Positions 51,949 through 60,756 of a stretch of DNA of 64,000 bases are shown here, piece by piece. The position numbers and the translations under genes were made by a program. The stretch's first letter is position 1; every line of letters starts with the position of its first letter. This DNA comes from Marinicella sp. (GTDB taxonomy: Bacteria > Pseudomonadota > Gammaproteobacteria > Xanthomonadales > Marinicellaceae): positions 3,827,502-3,891,501 of the forward strand of contig OZ246001.1 in NCBI GenBank assembly GCA_965230295.1, read 5' to 3'. The notes under the pieces are model-generated. The model worked only from the letters and a program-made list of their open reading frames with translations. It searched no databases and had not been told where the DNA came from.

Positions 51949-52049
51949 ATAATTGTCTGCTTTATTGGTGATGTTATCTTGCGAGAACTGCTGATTTTTT
52001 TCAACCCTTGAAGTGGTATAATTTGGTGTTTTTCAGCCACTGAATAACA

Positions 52050-52817
52050 ATGAAAATAATTACTCTGAACGCCAATGGTATTCGAGCTGCCCAGAAAAAA
52101 GGCATGTTTGAATGGTTCAAGAAACAACAAGCAGATATTTTGTGTATCCAGGAAACCAAGGCCCAGTTAGACCAACTTGACCCCAAATTATTCATCCCTC
52201 AGGGTTATCACCATTACCAGGCCGATGCCAGCAAAAAGGGCTACTCTGGCGTTTCCATATACAGTAAGCACCAGCCTCGTTCAGTTCAATATGGTATTGA
52301 TTGGCATGATTTTGATGATGAAGGGCGTTGGGTACAGGTTGATTTAGGACACTTGATTGTGGCTTCATTGTATTTGCCTTCAGGCTCTTCCAAAGAAATT
52401 CGACAAGATTTTAAATACGTCTGCATGGAAAGACTTGAGCCGATTTTGCAACAATTGATTGATGGAGATAAGCCCTTTGTCATTTGTGGTGATTGGAACA
52501 TTGCCCATAAGAAAATTGACATCAAAAACTGGCGTGGTAATCAGAAAAACTCTGGTTTCTTACCTGAAGAACGCGACTGGATGACCAAATTATTTGATGA
52601 CATGGGATTGGTAGATGCCTTTCGGGTCGTCGAACCAGGTGAAGAACAATACTCATGGTGGTCTAACCGTGGACAGGCATGGGCCAACAACACCGGATGG
52701 CGCATCGACTATCAAATCACTTCAAAATGCCTCAAAGACAAAGTTAAATCAGCCCACATATATAAAGAAGAGCGGTTCTCTGACCACGCTCCTGTGGTAG
52801 TTGAATACGAATTGTAA
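52050..52817 (+). CDS. xth: Exodeoxyribonuclease III
   Basis: NANGIRA, QETK, GDWNIAH, WRIDY and SDHAP motifs. Confidence 0.93.
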   Translation: MKIITLNANGIRAAQKKGMFEWFKKQQADILCIQETKAQLDQLDPKLFIPQGYHHYQADASKKGYSGVSIYSKHQPRSVQYGIDWHDFDDEGRWVQVDLGHLIVASLYLPSGSSKEIRQDFKYVCMERLEPILQQLIDGDKPFVICGDWNIAHKKIDIKNWRGNQKNSGFLPEERDWMTKLFDDMGLVDAFRVVEPGEEQYSWWSNRGQAWANNTGWRIDYQITSKCLKDKVKSAHIYKEERFSDHAPVVVEYEL

Positions 52818-52823
52818 ATAATA

Positions 52824-52847
52824 AAAGGGCTCTGGATAGAGCCCTTT
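52824..52847. terminator. Bidirectional terminator
   Basis: AAAGGGCTCT-GGAT-AGAGCCCTTT. Confidence 0.85.
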
Positions 52848-52868
52848 GTGTTGCTTTAAAAAAATACC

Positions 52869-53249
52869 TTACTTTTTAATGGTGTCAATTTCATACCACG
52901 GTGTCGGGTTGATGGGACACCTGAACCTAAACCCGTCAGTGGTAATTTCAACCCGAGAAGTGCGTGACTGATTAGGTTCCAATGGAAACATATCCAATTG
53001 TTCACGGGTTTTGTTGTTTTGTAATTGAAAGCCTACCAGTTTATTGGTCTTATTGGTCACCACAAACTCATAAGTTCCTGGTTTCAAACTGGCCAACGTT
53101 TCTTTGGCATCAAAATAACCACCGTATTGATCCAAATGGATGGTTGTTACCCCATCAACTTGCTTGGCCAATTCTGCTTGACCAGAAGTAGAGGCAGCCA
53201 AAGCCAATAAAAAAATCAATGTGATGAATGTGTTTTTTACATGTGTCAT
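52869..53249 (-). CDS. Small exported cupredoxin-like protein
   Basis: Signal peptide from MTHV; GTYEFVVTN...FRCPINPTP. Confidence 0.6.
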   Translation of the reverse strand: MTHVKNTFITLIFLLALAASTSGQAELAKQVDGVTTIHLDQYGGYFDAKETLASLKPGTYEFVVTNKTNKLVGFQLQNNKTREQLDMFPLEPNQSRTSRVEITTDGFRFRCPINPTPWYEIDTIKK

Positions 53250-53346
53250 GGTTTTATTCCTATTAGTTTTAGTCAGTAAGTGTATTTTAGGCTCCCGTTT
53301 GATACGATACATGTCAATTAATCTTAATAAATAGCTTATTCGTCCA

Positions 53347-54201
53347 ATAAATGTCATAGATGAGATTTTTAAGTCAATTGCCTTCGATGCCAACATATAC
53401 CTGCATTCTGAATTTTGTTCACCTTGGGGTGTATCATCCAGCAATCCCGGCCTGAGCAGCTTTCATGTCATTGCCTATGGCAATTGCCAACTGGTCATTG
53501 AAGGCAAGGAAGCCATTCATTTAAGCGCAGGGGATTTGATATTTTTTGCCAGAAATACCCCCCATCAATTAACCAATCCAGATCAACACAATCAGATATC
53601 CACCACCCTCATCTGCGGTCAGCTGGCATTCAGTAACAATAAAAACCCCATTCTGATGGCCCTGCCCCGCATGCTGCATATCAAAGCCAATGAAATGGAT
53701 CAGGGGCTTAAAACCCTGTTTCAACAAATTGTTGCTGAAGCAGAAAGCAGTCAAGATGGCAGGCAATTGGTGTTAGATAAACTGGCAGAAATTCTGTTTA
53801 TTTACATAGTTCGGTTTTATGTTTGCTCAGATAAACTGAAATACTCCCAAAAAACCGGATTACTCAAAGGATTAACCAACCCCCATATTTCAAAAGCCTT
53901 GATTGCTTTTCACCAAAACATGGATCAACCGTGGAGCCTTGAAACGTTGGCACAACAGGCATTGATTTCCCGTTCAAAATTCGCAGCCGCATTCAATGAG
54001 TTATTGGGAGTTACACCGCTCAAATACATGACTTATTGGCGGATGCAGCAAGCCAGGCAGTTACTGAAAACCACCAAACAATCTATTTATACCATCGCTT
54101 TGGCTTGCGGATATCAGTCTGAAGCTGCCTTCATTAAGGTCTTTAAAAAGCAATTCAATGCCACACCTGGCCAGATGCGAAAGTCTTGGCAAATGATTTA
54201 A
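53347..54201 (+). CDS. AraC-family regulator (cupin plus HTH) with apparent ATA start
   Basis: In-frame NVIDEIF..CSPWG..FHVIAYG cupin upstream of the TTG at 53536; WSLETLA..SRSKF and GYQSEAAF HTH motifs; no in-frame ATG. Confidence 0.8.
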   Translation: MNVIDEIFKSIAFDANIYLHSEFCSPWGVSSSNPGLSSFHVIAYGNCQLVIEGKEAIHLSAGDLIFFARNTPHQLTNPDQHNQISTTLICGQLAFSNNKNPILMALPRMLHIKANEMDQGLKTLFQQIVAEAESSQDGRQLVLDKLAEILFIYIVRFYVCSDKLKYSQKTGLLKGLTNPHISKALIAFHQNMDQPWSLETLAQQALISRSKFAAAFNELLGVTPLKYMTYWRMQQARQLLKTTKQSIYTIALACGYQSEAAFIKVFKKQFNATPGQMRKSWQMI

Positions 54202-54208
54202 TATGTGT

Positions 54209-54222
54209 TTGACTGAAATCAA
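54209..54222. promoter_or_regulatory. FNR/CRP-family box upstream of second usp
   Basis: TTGAC-TGAA-ATCAA. Confidence 0.55.
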
Positions 54223-54289
54223 TCTTTATCCCCATTTGCCCGGTTAAAATATAAGTATTACATTAATATTTTTTGGAGACTTGTTAATC

Positions 54290-55159
54290 ATGAAAATGAT
54301 CTTTATTCCTGTCAGCGACCGGCCAGAATGCGCAGCAGCATTACATCATGGATTCACTTTGGCACAGCAATTAGACGCCAGCATTGAAGGTTGCCATTTC
54401 AGGCCTCACACTGACTCAACAGTGAGCTTACCTGATGATGACGAAGATTCATTATTAATCCCTGACAGTTATGACATGGCCTGGGATGCAGCTTTAAAGG
54501 AAAATGAAGCCAACGATGGCCCAGTCAAAGCCAAGAACCTGTTTGCCAAGATGGCTGAACAGTATCAGTACCACTTAACCAAAAAAACCCAGGACCACGC
54601 AGCGGCCTTGTGGTCTGAAAAGGTTGGGTCTCCAGATCGTTTGTTTGCCATTGCTGGCCCCGTCACTGATTTGATCGTGGTTTCCAGGCCGGCAAAACCG
54701 GGTAAATCAATGGCCAAAACAATCATGATGAATGCCGTGCTCAACGCATCATCACCGGTTTTGGTATTACCACAGAATGATGTGTCAGCAGTCGGCAAGC
54801 GAATCTGTATAGCTTGGGACCAAAGTGCAGAAGCTGCTTTGGCTGTGAAAGCCGCACTGCCCTTATTACAGCAAGCCGAACATGTCTCCGTGGTGACCAG
54901 TGGTTATCCAGATAAACTGGGGCCAAAACCGAGTCACCTGGCTAAATATTTAAGTGCCTGGGGCATAGATGTCGAGTGCCAAGTGGTTAAGAAAGGAAGT
55001 GATGTTGATGCCATTACCTATGGTTTTGAACAAGCCCATGCTGATCTATTGGTTATGGGGGGTTACAGCCACAGTCGTTTGCGACAACGAATTTTCGGTG
55101 GAGTCACAGAATACATGTTGACACAAGCTGACATGCCGGTATTGTTATTGAATACCTGA
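54290..55159 (+). CDS. Tandem-domain universal stress protein
   Basis: IAWDQSAEA and DLLVMGGYSHSRLRQRIFGGVT motifs; GGAG RBS. Confidence 0.88.
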   Translation: MKMIFIPVSDRPECAAALHHGFTLAQQLDASIEGCHFRPHTDSTVSLPDDDEDSLLIPDSYDMAWDAALKENEANDGPVKAKNLFAKMAEQYQYHLTKKTQDHAAALWSEKVGSPDRLFAIAGPVTDLIVVSRPAKPGKSMAKTIMMNAVLNASSPVLVLPQNDVSAVGKRICIAWDQSAEAALAVKAALPLLQQAEHVSVVTSGYPDKLGPKPSHLAKYLSAWGIDVECQVVKKGSDVDAITYGFEQAHADLLVMGGYSHSRLRQRIFGGVTEYMLTQADMPVLLLNT

Positions 55160-55176
55160 ACAGCAAATTGGGAAAA

Positions 55177-57096
55177 TCAGTACTGGTCTTTGTTGCCCAA
55201 ATCTTCAACCAAGGTCGTGTCGTCCCAGCCTGAATCATTATTCATGCTGTATTGTTTGATGTGTTGATCATTGGCCAGTACATTTGCCAAGTTATCCAAC
55301 TGCTGTTGGACTTTCAGGACATGACCTTTCTCATCTTCGCCAAAGAATGAAGCTGCCAACTGCTTGACCAAAGCCTCGTCTTCTTGCTGGTACATCAGTT
55401 TGGCCCGTTTGGCCTGATAGGCACGCAAACCTAAATGTTTCAAGACATCTTCTCCCATAGTGGCAGATGACTCAAAGGTTTCACGATAGATATGATCAAC
55501 ACCCAAATGAGACAACTCATAGGCTGTGGTTCGATCCCTGGCCCTGACAAAGAGCTCAAGATTAGGGTGGTGCTTAAGTAAGTATGCAGCCAAGTCAACC
55601 ACCTTTTGTGGGTCATCCATGGCTATCACCATGGTGGTCGCGTTATCTATTCCGGCAGCATGTAACAAGTCCATGCGAGTCGCATCACCATAGAACACCT
55701 TCCAGCCATATTTCCTTAAGGTATCGATCATGTTAGGGTCATTGTCTAAGGCTGTCACCTTGAATTCATTGTATTGCAATAAACGACCCACTATTTGACC
55801 AAAGCGCCCTACCCCAGCAATGATGACTTTGTTTTCTTCATCAATGTCATCGGCAGCTCGTTCTTCATGTTCCGGCTCCAGCAATCGATTCAACAGAACC
55901 CGCTCATAAAACAGGAACAACAACGGGGTGATGGCCATCGATAAGGCAACCACAATGCGTAAAGTATCAGCAATCGGGGCAGCAATGACACTTTGACCAA
56001 CCGCCAGAGTCAATAACACAAAAGCGAATTCACCACCTTGTGCCAAGGCCAAAAAGAACAAAGCATGTTCTATTTTTTGCAGCTTCAATACCTTACCAAC
56101 CACATACAGCACCAAAGCTTTCAATGCAATCAAACCCACAGTTAGCCCAATGATCATGCCAAATTGCTCAGCAAATAAGGCAAAGTTAAAAGCCGCACCT
56201 ACCGTCATAAAGAACACACCTAACAACAAGCCTTTGAACGGCTCAATGTCGGCTTCTAATTCATGGCGGTATTCACTCTCGCTCAGGATCACACCTGCAA
56301 TGAACACACCCAAAGCAGGTGATAAACCGATCAAGGACATGAATGCCGCTATGGTGGTTACCAAACCCAATGCTGCAGTGGTGAACACTTCACTTTGTCT
56401 GGCACGCGCGATGTAATCAAACAAGGGGTTGATTAAAAATCGCGACAGGATATACACCAACACAATGGCACCTATTACCACAAATGGTTTCAACCAAGTG
56501 GGTAAATGACTGGTGATATCGATGCCATGACCCGCATGTTCAACCGATTCTGGTGACCCCACTGCCAACAAAGGGATCACGGCTATGATTGGAATCACTG
56601 CAATGTCCTGGAACAGCAAAGCTGAAAACGAGGCTTTGCCACCAACTGTGTTTTGCCAGCCTTTTTCATTCAAGGTTGACATGATGATGGCTGTTGATGA
56701 CAGGGCCAAGGTCAAGCCTATGGCCAATCCGACTTGCCAAGTGAGATCGAAACCATACATGGCGGCCAACATGATCAGCAAGGCCGTCAGGCTGACTTGT
56801 AGGCCTCCGGCACTCAGAATGGTGGTTTTCATGCGCCACAAATGACTGGGCTGGATTTCCAAACCAATCACGAATAACATCAACACCACACCGAATTCTG
56901 AGGCATGGTTCAATTGTTCAAGCAGGTGGGCAGAGTCCATGCCCAACAATGGCGCCACCACGGTTAAGATGGCTCCCACAATACCCCCAGCAATGAGATA
57001 ACCCAAAACTGAACCCAGGTTCAAACGGTTGGCCAATGGCACCAACAACACGGCCAAACCGAGGAACAAAGAGGCAATGATAAATGCTTCAGTCAC
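55177..57096 (-). CDS. Glutathione-regulated K+/H+ antiporter KefB/KefC family
   Basis: CPA2 membrane domain (YRHELEADIEPFKGLLLG) plus KTN domain (GVGRFGQ, YGDATR). Confidence 0.92.
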   Translation of the reverse strand: MTEAFIIASLFLGLAVLLVPLANRLNLGSVLGYLIAGGIVGAILTVVAPLLGMDSAHLLEQLNHASEFGVVLMLFVIGLEIQPSHLWRMKTTILSAGGLQVSLTALLIMLAAMYGFDLTWQVGLAIGLTLALSSTAIIMSTLNEKGWQNTVGGKASFSALLFQDIAVIPIIAVIPLLAVGSPESVEHAGHGIDITSHLPTWLKPFVVIGAIVLVYILSRFLINPLFDYIARARQSEVFTTAALGLVTTIAAFMSLIGLSPALGVFIAGVILSESEYRHELEADIEPFKGLLLGVFFMTVGAAFNFALFAEQFGMIIGLTVGLIALKALVLYVVGKVLKLQKIEHALFFLALAQGGEFAFVLLTLAVGQSVIAAPIADTLRIVVALSMAITPLLFLFYERVLLNRLLEPEHEERAADDIDEENKVIIAGVGRFGQIVGRLLQYNEFKVTALDNDPNMIDTLRKYGWKVFYGDATRMDLLHAAGIDNATTMVIAMDDPQKVVDLAAYLLKHHPNLELFVRARDRTTAYELSHLGVDHIYRETFESSATMGEDVLKHLGLRAYQAKRAKLMYQQEDEALVKQLAASFFGEDEKGHVLKVQQQLDNLANVLANDQHIKQYSMNNDSGWDDTTLVEDLGNKDQY

Positions 57097-57707
57097 TTGA
57101 CGGCTCCTGGCAAATGTTCATTCAAAGTTTGGTATTGTTCACAGTACTTGGCATCAATGCGTTCATTGATCAGATCATCCATTAATTGTAGATACACTTC
57201 AGTTTGCTCTGATAAGTAGGTGGCTGATAAGTGTTCATCGTAATTGTGGGCTTTGACCTTCAAACCACCATAGATCACAAAGGGCGGTAAAAATGACATG
57301 TTGCACAACTTGGCTGTAAATTCAAATGGCTTCAATAAACCCCTGATGTTCCTGTCACCTTTGTAATTACATAAATCGCCACCAGAAGTGATGATTGAAA
57401 TGAATTGTTTCCCGGTCAAGGCGGTGGCATCGGTACCATAAGCAAAACCATGGGCCAACACCAAATCCATCCATTCCTTTAAGATGGCTGGTGAAGAATA
57501 CCAATACAGAGGGTGTTGAAAAATGACCACATCATGGGCTTCGAGCAGAGCCTGTTCTTTGGCCACATCAATCATAAAGTTTGGATAGCATTCATACAAA
57601 TCATGTACTGTGACATGATCCGAGTCAGGCAAACTCTCAATCAAAGTTTTGTTCAACAAAGAAGTTTGATAAACAGGGTGGGCAAACAGAACCAGGACTT
57701 TTTTCAT
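57093..57707 (-). CDS. KefF/KefG-type NAD(P)H oxidoreductase
   Basis: AHP, HDLYE.YP and FQHPLYWYSSPAILKEW motifs. Confidence 0.92.
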   Translation of the reverse strand: MKKVLVLFAHPVYQTSLLNKTLIESLPDSDHVTVHDLYECYPNFMIDVAKEQALLEAHDVVIFQHPLYWYSSPAILKEWMDLVLAHGFAYGTDATALTGKQFISIITSGGDLCNYKGDRNIRGLLKPFEFTAKLCNMSFLPPFVIYGGLKVKAHNYDEHLSATYLSEQTEVYLQLMDDLINERIDAKYCEQYQTLNEHLPGAVK

Positions 57708-57749
57708 GCCTGGCTCTGTGATTTGATTTCAATGTAATTGATTAAATAA

Positions 57750-58919
57750 TCAATCAGTTTCATTGTTGATGTCTTTGTATTTGGCCTGTGCCGATAACAA
57801 GGCTTCGCGCAATTGCTCTTCGGTTTTTTGCAATTCAATCACAGCACCTTCGCGTTTGGCTTTGCCTTCCTCTGCAATGCGCAAGCTGTCATCAATGGTT
57901 TCAATCAATTTGGCATTGGCCATCTTCACCACTTCTATATCAAACACACCTCGCTCCATTTGTTCACGAACTTTGCGGTTGGCCATTTGTAGGTTTTCAG
58001 CATTGGCTGCCAACATTTCATTGGTTAAGTCAGTGGCATCCTTGATGGTATCAGCCGCTTGCTCTGAACGCCAAATGGTCACAGTCTGAGCCAGCTGCTG
58101 ACGCCACAAGGGCACCGTATTGGCTATGGTTGAATTGATCTTGTTGATCAAGCCTTTGTCATTTTCCTGTACCAATCTGATACTGGGTAAACTTTGTAGG
58201 GTAACTTGACGGGTCAAACGCAAATCATGCACCCGCCTTTCCAAGTCTGCGGTTGAAGATCTGACATCACGCAATTTCTGTGCCAATAACATGTCATCAC
58301 TGCCTTCAGCCTCTTTTTCCATGGCTGGTATGACTTCTGCATGCAATTGTTTTATTTTTTCCTCTCCGGCTTTGATGTAGTCTTCTAATGTATGAAAGTA
58401 CTCCAAATTCGCAACATACAAGCGGTCCAAACTGGTGATGTCTTTTAACAATGTGGTTTTGTGCGATTCTAACTTGTTGGTGATTTTGTCAATTTGTTTA
58501 CGCACTTCTTCATAACGCTGTAGGAATTTAACCAAAGGTTTCGCTCGACCAAATAAACGGGCAAAGAAGCCAGGTTTTTTGTTGGGGTCCAACTCATCCA
58601 CATCGAAACCACGAATGGTGGCCACCATCTCATTCAAGGCTTCTCCTGAACGGCCCAGGTCTTTGTTCTTAACACCTTCGAGCATCTTATCGGATATTTC
58701 CGTGACTTTCTCTTGGGCCTTGCTGCCAAAAAATATCACGGAGTTGGCATCGGCCATATTGATTTCTTCCATCAAAGCATCAATGCGCTGTCGTTCCTCA
58801 TCATCAACATCTTTATACTCGACCATTTCGTTCATCACGCCTGGTACGATTTCACCTTCAATGGTGCCTGTGATGGCATCTGTTTTCGTGGCTGTTTTAC
58901 TTTTATCTTCTTCGCTCAT
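57750..58919 (-). CDS. telA: Toxic anion resistance protein (TelA family)
   Basis: Coiled-coil; SLPSIRLVQEND..L..KINSTI..T.PLW motif. Confidence 0.9.
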   Translation of the reverse strand: MSEEDKSKTATKTDAITGTIEGEIVPGVMNEMVEYKDVDDEERQRIDALMEEINMADANSVIFFGSKAQEKVTEISDKMLEGVKNKDLGRSGEALNEMVATIRGFDVDELDPNKKPGFFARLFGRAKPLVKFLQRYEEVRKQIDKITNKLESHKTTLLKDITSLDRLYVANLEYFHTLEDYIKAGEEKIKQLHAEVIPAMEKEAEGSDDMLLAQKLRDVRSSTADLERRVHDLRLTRQVTLQSLPSIRLVQENDKGLINKINSTIANTVPLWRQQLAQTVTIWRSEQAADTIKDATDLTNEMLAANAENLQMANRKVREQMERGVFDIEVVKMANAKLIETIDDSLRIAEEGKAKREGAVIELQKTEEQLREALLSAQAKYKDINNETD

Positions 58920-58930
58920 AATTTTCTCTG

Positions 58931-59767
58931 TTAATTAATGCCTTGTTTTTCTAATAGCGTGTTCAACACTTCGATGTCCACATCCAAGTCGAATACTTTG
59001 TTTTCCAAGAGTTTCTGGTTCTGTTCAACGAATACTTGGTCAATGTTTTGTAAAACCTGTTTAAAATTTTGTTCCAATGTTACATCATCAACCAGCTTAT
59101 GGGTTTCAGCATAACGTTTAATGACGTCCTCGGTGGCGCCTAAATAGGAATGCAGAAATCGTCTGGCTTGAGGAATTTTCTCCGGGTGATTAAGTAATGT
59201 GTCAATCACTTCCCGGCTGGTTTTGACTATGCGACTGAGGTACCCTGACAATTCACGATTGGCTATGTGCTTATTCGATTGTTCGATATTGACTATTGAC
59301 TGCTCACTTAAAGCCAAAATCTGCTTTGAATCTTGATCTTGAACTTGTCCAAATGTGGGTGAACTGACCTCATCCATCCCATACCACAGCACTGATCCTA
59401 TGGCGGCACCTAAACCATAGGCCACAGATTCCAGCATGCCCATACCCGCCACAAACCAAGAACCAATGAATGAACAGGCACCCAAGGTCAGTGAAGACAG
59501 CATCATCAGTGGAAAAGGTTTTTGAATCACAAATTTTCGTTGTCTGAAATGAAATTTATTACGCAGTCCTTTACTCATCCAGGTGGCTGCCAACAGGGTG
59601 CCAAAAAACACCCCGCCACTGGTTAAAAACCTAAATAAATTACCCTGGGCCAATTGTGAAAAGGTTGAAGCCAGAAAGAACAGTGAATAGAAATACAACA
59701 ACCAGGCCGTTGATTGAAATTTTACGACGGATAATTGGGCTTTTTCGCGGTATTTAACTGGCATCAA
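58931..59767 (-). CDS. XpaC-like 5-bromo-4-chloroindolyl phosphate hydrolysis family protein
   Basis: N-terminal TM helices; ARRF..SYL and DLDVDIEVL motifs; adjacent to telA as is typical. Confidence 0.8.
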   Translation of the reverse strand: MMPVKYREKAQLSVVKFQSTAWLLYFYSLFFLASTFSQLAQGNLFRFLTSGGVFFGTLLAATWMSKGLRNKFHFRQRKFVIQKPFPLMMLSSLTLGACSFIGSWFVAGMGMLESVAYGLGAAIGSVLWYGMDEVSSPTFGQVQDQDSKQILALSEQSIVNIEQSNKHIANRELSGYLSRIVKTSREVIDTLLNHPEKIPQARRFLHSYLGATEDVIKRYAETHKLVDDVTLEQNFKQVLQNIDQVFVEQNQKLLENKVFDLDVDIEVLNTLLEKQGIN

Positions 59768-59850
59768 AACATCCTGATGGCAACGTACACCATTGACAAT
59801 GTCAACATTCCAAAACCGGCGAGTTTTCTGATAAATTCAAGCATGATCTA

Positions 59851-60756
59851 CTATTTGATGATTTTATATTGTAATAACTGGTCCATGTTAGAAAAGTCCG
59901 GCTCACCAAAAGTGATCAGGCCTTCTCCCTGTAGCAGCATGGAATCACGGTGTATACGAATCGGATCACCATTGTTTTGTTTGATCCAGGTTCCGTTGGT
60001 ACTTTCGTCGCTGTATTTAAAATTACCGCCACCAAACTGAATGTCACCATGTAAACGTGAGGCCATCAACATACTGACTTGAATATCACAATCATCACCG
60101 CGTCCAATGGATTTGGTGGGTGATTGATCAGTCATGACTTGAGTTTTACCGTTCAGCTCAAGCTGTAGTTTTGATTTTGAGGTCGGTACTTTGATGTCTA
60201 GTGCCGATGTAACTCGTGTGACTTGACTGGTGTCTTGTTGCCAAAGCACTTCGATGATTTCAACCGGTAACAACTTACCCTTTACTTTGGTTTTACCCAA
60301 AGATCGGTGGCTAAGAAATGGCGGCAATAAACAAGTCTTAAAAGTGATTGAGTTGGTGATGATTTGTCCTTTTTTGGCATAACCGGTCATTCGGGCAGCC
60401 ACATTGACGGCATCACCAAACACATCGCCATCTTCTTCTATCACATCACCAAAGTGAAACCCGACTCTGATGGATATGGGGTGGTTACCTAAGACAAAAT
60501 TACCACTGACTGTATTTTGCATGTCTACAGATGCCAGTAAAGCATGATTGGCTTTCGGGAAAACACACATGACTTCATCCCCAATGGTTTTAACCAATTC
60601 TCCTTGGTGCTTTTCAGCATCAGCCAACAGGACTTCCAGCACTGAGGCTATGGCATTTCTGGCTGCTTCATCCCCATGCTTTTCAAACAATGAAGTGCTG
60701 TCAGCTATATCAGCAAATAATATACAAAGTTCAGTCAATGATTTCCTCTGAAACAA
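59851..60756 (-). CDS. Class III adenylate cyclase with C-terminal FHA domain
   Basis: FADIADST, KTIGDE and DVFGDAVNVAAR cyclase motifs; FHA IGR..SRLH..STNGT. Confidence 0.9.
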   Translation of the reverse strand: MFQRKSLTELCILFADIADSTSLFEKHGDEAARNAIASVLEVLLADAEKHQGELVKTIGDEVMCVFPKANHALLASVDMQNTVSGNFVLGNHPISIRVGFHFGDVIEEDGDVFGDAVNVAARMTGYAKKGQIITNSITFKTCLLPPFLSHRSLGKTKVKGKLLPVEIIEVLWQQDTSQVTRVTSALDIKVPTSKSKLQLELNGKTQVMTDQSPTKSIGRGDDCDIQVSMLMASRLHGDIQFGGGNFKYSDESTNGTWIKQNNGDPIRIHRDSMLLQGEGLITFGEPDFSNMDQLLQYKIIK

